Part shown: in pieces, positions 52,736 through 64,000 of the stretch
Position numbering within the stretch: the first letter of the stretch is position 1
How the letters are laid out: the number at the start of each line of letters is the position of its first letter
Origin: the human T2T-CHM13v2.0 reference genome, Homo sapiens
Reading direction: 5' to 3' (one strand)
NCBI RefSeq assembly: GCF_009914755.1
Contig: NC_060933.1
Length of the DNA: 64,000 nt
The notes under the pieces: model-generated
What the model was told of the DNA's origin: nothing
Databases searched by the model: none
The model's input: only the letters and a program-made list of their open reading frames with translations
Position numbers and translations under genes: made by a program

Positions 52736-53339
52736 AAATGAGTGCATATATAAAATGAGTAATTTAAGGATAGCAAGGGAATTTAATAACATGATATGTA
52801 AAAAAGAGGCGAGGGTGGGAGAAAGGGGTTGATAAGTACCAAATGCTATTAATTTAATTTAATTTGAAGAGAATATGGGGAGTGTTTTCTCATCAGTCAC
52901 GAAGCCTAGCCTCTCCAGGAAAAGGGAATGGAGAGCTATACATTTGAGATGTAAGAGGGATTCTGGGCTAGGGGGTTTCCAGGCAGCATCAAGAATGGGA
53001 GAGCAGAAAGTTTTACTGCCTGGGAGTAGTGTAGAAACTCAGCAAATATGTCTTGGGCCTTGCATCTGAGCTTTGGGCCTGTCTGCCTCTTCCTTTCTGA
53101 GATATGAATGTGTCCCTTGACTACAGTGGCTGCAGGAGGAAGGAGCATCCCAGAACAGCTTAATTCAGTGAGAAATCTGCTGTCTCACTGTGTCTCTGTC
53201 TTGCTTGGGTCCAGTCTGAATTCCCAGCAGCCAGAATTTATTGAGCCTTCGTTAGATGCTACCCCCTTAACATTCAGAGTGGGCCTCAAACAAATATAGA
53301 ATTTGTAAGGATAGAATGATGTGAGGGTTTAAGAGTTCA

Positions 53340-54265
53340 GGGTTCAGTACAAAAAGAATAGAAAGAATGAAAAAGACCTAGTATTTGATAGCACAACAGT
53401 GACTATAGTCAAAATAATTGTACTTTGTTTTTTTTGTTTGTTTGTTTGTTTGTTTTTAAGGAGTCTCACTCTGTCATCCAGGCTGTAGTGCAGTGGCGTG
53501 ATCTCAGCTCACTGCAATCTCTGCCTCTCGGGTTCAAGTGATTCTTCTGCCTCAGTCTCCCAAGTAGCTGGGATTAAAGGCACGTGCCACTACACCCTGC
53601 TAACTTTTTCTTTTTTTTTTTTTTTTTTTTTTGTATTTTTAGTAGAGACGGGGTTTCACCATATTGGCCAGGCTGATCTCGAACTCCTGACCTCATGATC
53701 TGCCTTCCTCGGCCTCCCAAAGTGCTGGGATTACAGGTGTGAGCCACTGTGCCCGGCCTTTTTTTTTTTTTTTTTTTTTTGAGACCGAGTGTCACTCTGT
53801 CACCCAGGCTGGAGTGCAGTGACACAATCTCGGCTCACTGCAACCTCTACCTCCAGGTTCAAGTGATTCTCCTGCCTCAGCCTCCTGATTAGCTGGGACT
53901 ACAGACACCTGCCACCATGACCAGCTAATTTTTTGTATTTTTAGTAGAGATGGGGTTTCACCATGTTGGCCAGGCTGTTTTCAAACTCCTGACCTCAGGT
54001 GATCCACCAGCCTCGGCCTCCCAAAGTGCTGAGATTACAGGCGTGAACCACCGTGCCTGGCCTTTAATTGTACATTTTAAAATAACTAAGGTAGTATAAT
54101 TGGATTATTTGTAAGACAAATAATAAATGCTTGAGGAAATGGATACCCCATTTTCCATGATGCAGTAATTATGCATTGCATGTCTGTAGCAAAATCTCTC
54201 ACGTATCCCATAAATATATACACCTACTATGTACCCACAGAAATTCAAAATTAAAAAAAAAAAAA
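53340..54265 (+). mobile_element. L1MA-type 3' end interrupted by two Alus
   Basis: gacctagtatttgatagcacaacag; ggataccccattttccatgatg...cacctactatgtacccaca followed by poly-A. Confidence 0.85.
53425..54062 (-). mobile_element. Two tandem AluS-type SINEs (53425-53757, 53758-54062)
   Basis: Two dimers; outer TSD-like taattgtac. Confidence 0.93.
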
Positions 54266-55531
54266 GAGTAGAGGAACCTTGCATGCTGGGGAAGGAGAAA
54301 TTCCCCCCAAAAGATGGCTTTTGGCTGAAATGCCAAGGATGGAGCCTATTTTGCTCAGGACAGAAGAAAACAAATGTGGGTTTATGCCTTTTAGCAAAAA
54401 AAAACAGAGTAGAATTCCACTTTGGCCATACCAAATATTTTCCTTGTTTTACCGAGAGACTTACAAGAGCTGGAAGAAAAGAAAACCCTAGGGGATGCCT
54501 CTTGGTTATGTTAGAAGGAAAGTGAGCAACTAAACCCTTGCTGCCTTGGGTTTGACTCACTGACCGGCTCTGTGGCCTTGGCTTGTCACCTCCCTCTATG
54601 CCTCTTTTTTTGTCTATAAAATAAAGATTCTCATACCTTACAGCATTGGTGTAGGGATCAGATAAGATGACAAAGGTAAAGTAGCCACCAAGATGCCAGG
54701 GACTTGAAAAATTCTAGAAAAATGGTAGCTTCTTTTTCTTTCCCCCATACTAAGTAAATGCCAGATCAGGGGTCAGAGCTCAATAAGGCTGAGCTCATTC
54801 ATTTGCATTTAGCCACACAGCTTCTTTTAAAATTATAGGCCCAAGAAAGACTTCAGAGTCCCCTGCTAGACTCAGAAATGTCTGCTTTCTTCCATCTTAT
54901 CCACAGAAAAACTGATGCAAGTGTTGGCTCCTTGGGAAAAAACCAACTCTATTAATTAAGCATAACCCCATTCTGTCTGAAGACTGTAATTACCCTTCTG
55001 TGTAGATGTCTTGCCTTGAGATTCCCCCTGTTCCCTGGGGTAACCTGTCTTAGCTGGCTTCCTTAGGGTGGAGATGCAGAAGGGCTGGGATCTTAAAACC
55101 TGTCCACAGAGAACAAGCTCTAGTCCCCCTGGAAAGTTGTTGAAAACAATTAGTGTGAACCCCGTTTCCTCCTTGAGCTTGGTGACAATTCCAAGGACAA
55201 CCATACAGAGGAAAGCTAAGCCTCTAAGGCATTTCTCGAATAATCCAAAATGCTGAGGTCTCAAGGAAACACCCAAGTCTAACCCATACTAGTCTTTTTC
55301 CCTCTTCACACTTGAATTCATTGTAGTGAGTTTACAGAAAATTTTAATTCCCTAAGGGTTTTTGTTTTTTACAGAGTTAATTGTCATTGGGAAAAAGTGT
55401 CAGGGCTATTTTAAAAAAACAGTAAGTTTGACTCCAAGCTCAACACATCTCAATGATTTAATGTGCCTTTGGGGGAATCAGGAGGCAGTCATTGCAAGAG
55501 CTTAGAAGGAGAGCCAAGGGACGGGGACCTA

Positions 55532-55933
<402 letters not shown>

Positions 55934-56219
55934 TTAGTTATTCAATCTTTAGATTCCCCTTTAATTATCAGTCATCTCTAGTTTGGATTTGTAGTTATGC
56001 TAACTGCCTCCAAAGAAGGGAGAGTTTTGAAACTAGTAGCTGATATTTCAGAAGCTTCAAACAAGAAACATGGACATATATTAAAGTTCAAGCACAAACA
56101 CCCACACACAATTGTAATCCAGGAACAAAGTCTAATTCAGTAAAATGTGTACTTGAGAACAGTATGAGTATTATTTCATTCTTTGCCAACAGTTAAACTA
56201 AATTAAGTTAGATTTAAAC

Positions 56220-56511
56220 TTTTTTTTTTTTTTTTTTTTGAGACAAAGTCTCACTTGGTTGCTTAGGCTGGAGTGCAGTGGTGGGATCATGGCTCACCGC
56301 AGCTTCGACTTCGCTCAGGCGATCCTCCCACCTCAACTTCCCGAGCGAGTAGCTGGGATTACAGGCATGCACCACCATGCCTGGCTAATTTTTGCATTTT
56401 TTTAGAGATTGGGTTTCCAGGCAGGTCTCAAACTCCTAGGCTCAAGAGATCTGCCCACCTTGGCCTCCCAAAGCGTAATAGGATTACAGGCATGAGCCAC
56501 CACGCCCAGCC
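56220..56511 (-). mobile_element. AluJ-type SINE
   Basis: AluJ motif gatcatggctcaccgcagc. Confidence 0.9.
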
Positions 56512-56778
56512 CAAATTTAACCTTTTTTTTTATTCGATTTATTCTGCTATGTCTTGAGTATGTTTTTTAAAGGAAGCACAAACATTTGGTTCAGATAATA
56601 TTGTGCCAACTTTTATTAATTAGGAGAAACAACAAATTTGTCTGTTTACCTTTCAGCACATGTATGTATTTAGATAAGGAATGAGGACCTTTGAAGTCAA
56701 TAGCTAGGGAGAACAATGAGTACATTTATGAATTAACCTTTTTTTTATATGAATAAAACTAGGAAATGGTTGCCTTGG

Positions 56779-57572
<794 letters not shown>

Positions 57573-57815
57573 TAGCCAGTAATGAAAACTACATTTGCAT
57601 TTCTTTATTCATTTATTCAATCAATATTTATTGAATTGCAAACTGTGAATTTCAGTACAGTAGGTGTTGAAATACTTACTGTTTCAGAGACTTGGAGAAA
57701 CTTGCAATGGAAAAGACAGACATTGCCTCTGCAATAAACAATGATAAATGCTGTTTATTTTATAATGGGAAGACACATAATGATAAATAAAAATAATAAT
57801 ATTTAACAAAAATGA

Positions 57816-58129
<314 letters not shown>

Positions 58130-58221
58130 TAGGATTAATTTTTTTAAACTGTGTTCCTGGATCATGTGCCATGATTATTAAGTAAACTTTTAAAATTTGA
58201 GTATTTTTTTTTTCTAGATAA

Positions 58222-58660
<439 letters not shown>

Positions 58661-58760
58661 TAGGAAACAGCTTAAATGTCCATCAATACAGGACTGATTA
58701 AACAAATTATGTTCCATTCATACTAGGGAATCGTATGCAGCCATTAAAAATAATGAGGTA

Positions 58761-58925
58761 GGTGGGGTACAGTGGCTTATGCCTGTAATTCCAGCACTTT
58801 TAGAGACTGAGGCAGGAGGATCACTTGAGCCCAGGATATCGAGGCTGCAGTAAGCTGTGATTGTGCCAGCCTCGGCAGCAGAGTGATATCCTCTCTCAAA
58901 ATAATAAATAATAATAGTAATAATA
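58761..58925 (+). mobile_element. Single-monomer Alu (left-arm start fused to right-arm end)
   Basis: TSD aataatgaggtag on both sides. Confidence 0.8.
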
Positions 58926-59297
58926 ATAATGAGGTAGCTGTATATTTGCTAATGTGGAATGATCTCCAAGATATACTGATAAGTGAAAAAAAAAAAGTGA
59001 AGTATAAGACTGTCTGTAATACTCTTCATTTGTGATGGAATGAATGTGAATACACAAACACATACAAATAACTCCTATATCATAGAATATCTGGAAGGAT
59101 ACACAAGAAATTGTTAATAGTGTTGTTTCTGTAAAGAGGTACGAGATGTCTGGATTACTGTTCATCCCATACTGAATTTTGTAAACACACACCTGTAGTA
59201 TTTAATAAAACTAGTTGATTTTAAAGGTATTATATACTTAGTTTAGAAACCATATAACATACAGTATAATAAAAATCACTCATAATCCCATAATCCC

Positions 59298-59597
<300 letters not shown>

Positions 59598-59686
59598 TCC
59601 CATAATCCCACCTCTAAAATGTACCATTATTGTAGCGTATTTCTTTTCTGTCTTCCTTCTCTTTGAAGACATAACATTTTCTTACA

Positions 59687-59985
59687 GGCCAGGCGTGGTG
59701 GCTCAAGCCTGTAATCCCAGCACTTTGGGAGGCCAAGGCGGGCAGATCACCTGAGGTCAGGAGTTCAAGACCAGCCTGGTCAACATGGTGAAAAAACTGC
59801 CTCTCTACTAAAAAATACAAAAATCAGCCAGGCATGGTGGCAGGTGCCTGTAATCCCAGGTACTCAGGAGGCTGAGGCAGGGAGAATTGCTTGAACCTGG
59901 GAAGTGGAGGTTGCAGTGAGCTGCCTTTAGGCCACTGTACTCCAACCTGGGCGACAGAGCGAGACTCTGTCTCAAAAAAAAAAAT
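59687..59985 (+). mobile_element. AluS-type SINE
   Basis: Full dimer; TSD attttcttaca. Confidence 0.95.
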
Positions 59986-60079
59986 TTTCTTACAAACAGG
60001 TTCATAATGTGCATGTATAGATTTGTATTCTGATGTGTTGACTCATATAATAAGTATTTTCTTACATTAGTGAACTTCT

Positions 60080-60405
<326 letters not shown>

Positions 60406-60409
60406 ACTT

Positions 60410-61008
<599 letters not shown>

Positions 61009-61389
61009 ACCAACATTTAAAAAATACGTATCATTTGTAACAACTGTTTAGTTTTCCATTGTATAAACATACAATAATTTTTAAATCAGTTTCCTGTTGA
61101 TGGCCATTGAGATTGTTTTCTATTTTTTGCTATTGTATAATATTGTACAACACTGTGCATATCTCTTTATCTGTGTGTCTCTAATTGTTCCCTTAAACAG
61201 ATTTCTAGATATGGATTTACTGGTCAAAGAAAATGCAAATTTTTAAAACTTAGAATAATATAATTGTCCTCTCCACAATTTGCAACAGTTTATGGTCCCA
61301 CCAGCAATATAAATGAGTATTAGTGAGCCCTCAAACCATCACTGAGTACAATAGACTCTTGGAACTTCCCAGAAGGTTCCTGACATGTA

Positions 61390-61635
61390 GTAACTGGTAA
61401 CTGGTTGAGACAGGAGTGGGAAACTGTCACGACTGATGTGAGGCGATCACTTAGCACTCTATGAGTCTAGCTGAAGTCTCAGAGTCTCCATTTGGTGAAG
61501 GAGCTCTGAGCAGGGCCTTGCTGACTTTACCCTGCGGTGTGGCTGCATCTCAGTACTGCCTCCATCCATCAGCGCATTACTGGGCAGCAGCAGTCATCGA
61601 CACCCATCATCATCCCTGAATTTTTGTACATTCAG
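61390..61635 (+). other. Candidate alternative first exon or non-CpG-island promoter
   Basis: Unique sequence ending in consensus donor CAG|gtaagc (61635); upstream GTAACTGGTAAC X-box/MYB-like motif. Confidence 0.35.
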
Positions 61636-62389
61636 GTAAGCTCGTGATTCACTTTATTTCAGTAGTGATGTCATAATATAGTGTCAAGTTTATTTCTGTA
61701 GCAGAATTTATTTTAAAAGCCTTGTTAAGTTAGTTTAGTCTAGTAGTTATAGGTTTATTAAGGGTTTAATGAAGTTACTTCAATGTCTCAGTCATTCCTT
61801 AACGCATTTTCTGGGGAAAGTTGTATGCTACAGTGATGTTTGACAATTGGAATTTCCAAATTCTGGAGACATCCCTTACAGGTGTCAAAAATCTTCTGTT
61901 ATTCCAAATGAAATGGAATTTCAATACCTGATTGCTTTCAGTGGGCATAGAATCTATGGCAATGAGTAAGTGCTTCTAATGTCCCCTTTCTGTCTGTTTC
62001 ACACCCCATGATCCAGGGGCATCTGTGACCTTTATGGACAAATCTCTAATTAGCCTAATAAATGCACAATCTCACAGTCTGGAAGTTTCAGGTTCTACTT
62101 CCAGGTCCAGTCCTGACTAGCTGGGTGTCTTCAGGATACTCACCCCTATGGGTTTCAAGTTCCTCATCTTTAAAAGAGAAGTTTATTCTCAAATAGTGAT
62201 TCCCAGACTGGGATCCTAGAATATCACTGGAGTCTTAAGGGTAGTAATGGGTATTCATAAGCTAAACTATTTCTAATATTTTAGAAACTCTCATGGAAAT
62301 GTACACTTATCCTATATTGGTTTGGTAGGATAATAACGGAGGCACTTTTCTTTGTTTGGGCTGTGATAATGCAGGACTCCTCACAACTC

Positions 62390-62545
62390 TATGGGGTATA
62401 TACTGTTGTTATCACTGATCTACAGATAAGGAAATTGAGGCACAGAGAGTTATGGAATTTGCTCAAGGTTGTACAGCTAGTTGGTGTTGGAGGGAAGATT
62501 TAAACTCAGGTAATTTGACTGAAGAATCAATAGCCACGTTACCTA
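62390..62545 (-). mobile_element. MIR SINE
   Basis: tacagataaggaaattgaggcacagagag...ttgctcaaggt..acagctag. Confidence 0.8.
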
Positions 62546-62994
62546 CTGCTAATTCTAATTTCTTCATGATAATCGGAAGCTCTGATTGGCAGTAATATGT
62601 CTTTAAACAAAGAAAATAAAATATTATTATAATAATTAATAATTAAATACAGTTTGTTTGATAGGCAAAAGTCTTCCAGAACTTTCAGCCCATAGAAAGG
62701 AAACACTTTCAAAAGTTATGAAAAGAATGGAAATGTTTGACTAGCATTGGGTTAGATAATACCCAAGTTCTCTCCTAGTTCTAATATTCTGTAAGATTCA
62801 GGAGGAAATATGGGTATGAAAGAAAAATAACTCCATGAAATATTACCCAGAGTGGTGCATTTATGTTCTAAGAGTAATAATGAAAACACTATTTCTTTGT
62901 TAAATGGTACGAACAAGTTTAATCTTAAAAACTCAATCAAATGAGATTCAGTAGACTTGACTATTATGAAATTTTTAAGTCAAAAGCAAGAGGG

Positions 62995-63255
62995 CCTGGC
63001 CAGGAGCGGTGGCTCACACCTGTAATCCCAGTACTTTGGGAGGCCGAGGTGGGCAGATCGCTTGAGGTCAGGAGTTCGAGACCAGCCTGGCCAACATGGT
63101 GGAACCTCATCTCTACTAAAAATACAAAAAATTAGCCAGGCATGGTGGCATGTGCCTATAGTCCCACGTACTTGGGAGGCTGAGGCAGGAGAATCACTTG
63201 GACTCAGGAGGCGGAGGTTGCAGTGAGCCGAGATCATGCCAAAAAGAAAAAAAAA
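62995..63255 (+). mobile_element. AluS-type SINE lacking its last ~40 nt
   Basis: Body ends at gagatcatgcc and runs directly into an A-rich tail. Confidence 0.92.
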
Positions 63256-64000
63256 ATGCATTAGAAATGCATTTTCATGGTTGACTTTTAACATATTAAC
63301 ATTGTGCTGGGGAATAATCTTACATAATACCTGTGAACACACCAGAACTACTTTATAAACATCCTCTTTGTTCCCTATAGCAATCTGCATGTTTGCTGAC
63401 CAGGGTAAGTATAGTCCATGTGGACTACTTAATAGTAGGAAAGAAAAAAATAAAGACAAAGGTAAGGTCTGTCTTAGCTCTCTAGCTAGCATAGTGCTGG
63501 CACGTGGTAGAAGCTTAGGAAACATTTGTCAAATGGATGAAAAATTCACCAAGGTGTTACTGGTCCCTGGCAAAATTTCTACTCAGTTGCCGTATATCCA
63601 TAATGCAAGTTTAATACCATGTAATGCCCCCCAATGCAATTCATCTTCAATAGCCATGCATGATAGTACAATTTAATAGCTGCTAAAGTGAGACAAGATT
63701 TTTAAACCTCCGCATTCATAGAAACTGTGATCCTATCATAGTATTCCAATTTTACTTCCTCTTCTCATCAGCTCTAATAATCCTTGTCTTGCTCAGAGTT
63801 TGCATTGTATTTTGCACATATATAATGATTCAGATTCTTATACTGACATTCTCAGGGAAATAGAAAGGCCCAGATTTGAAGTCATGTCATGGATTAATGT
63901 TTTTTCACTCTCTTTTATCCAGAGGTAGGTGAATGACTTCTGGTAACCCTACTGATTTTAACATAGGGAACAGCCCCAACCTCCAATTCATTGTGCAATG

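Noticed and set aside
61435-61448. GATGTGAGGCGATC resembling the 7SK RNA 5' end
   Set aside because: Similarity ends after ~14 nt; no 7SK body, tail or TSD.

Overview
Human genomic DNA: a near-consensus AluYa5 carrying all five diagnostic bases sits at 21476-21772. The window is very Alu-rich, with about 64 Alu copies or fragments covering roughly a quarter of it, plus old L1M, L2, MIR, CR1/L3, MaLR/ERV LTR, MER5, Tigger3 and mariner fossils and several microsatellites. I found no recognisable protein-coding exon, tRNA, rRNA, snRNA or CRISPR array. The ORF track is essentially Alu-, microsatellite- or GC-derived noise. Two CpG-island promoter-like regions stand out: about 24900-25400 (ZNF143, GC-box and NRF1 motifs, probably bidirectional) and about 47850-48880. 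Several exon-like segments with no coding signal suggest lncRNA or 5'-UTR transcription. I could not name the locus from sequence alone, and I see no evidence for a new multi-gene system. The most interesting sequence-level observation is an inversion with deletion between two inverted Alus at 2285-3198, shown by an inverted target-site duplication and an AluS/AluY chimera. A cluster of internally deleted Alus lies nearby at 8054-9148. Repeat boundaries and subfamily calls were made by eye and are approximate.
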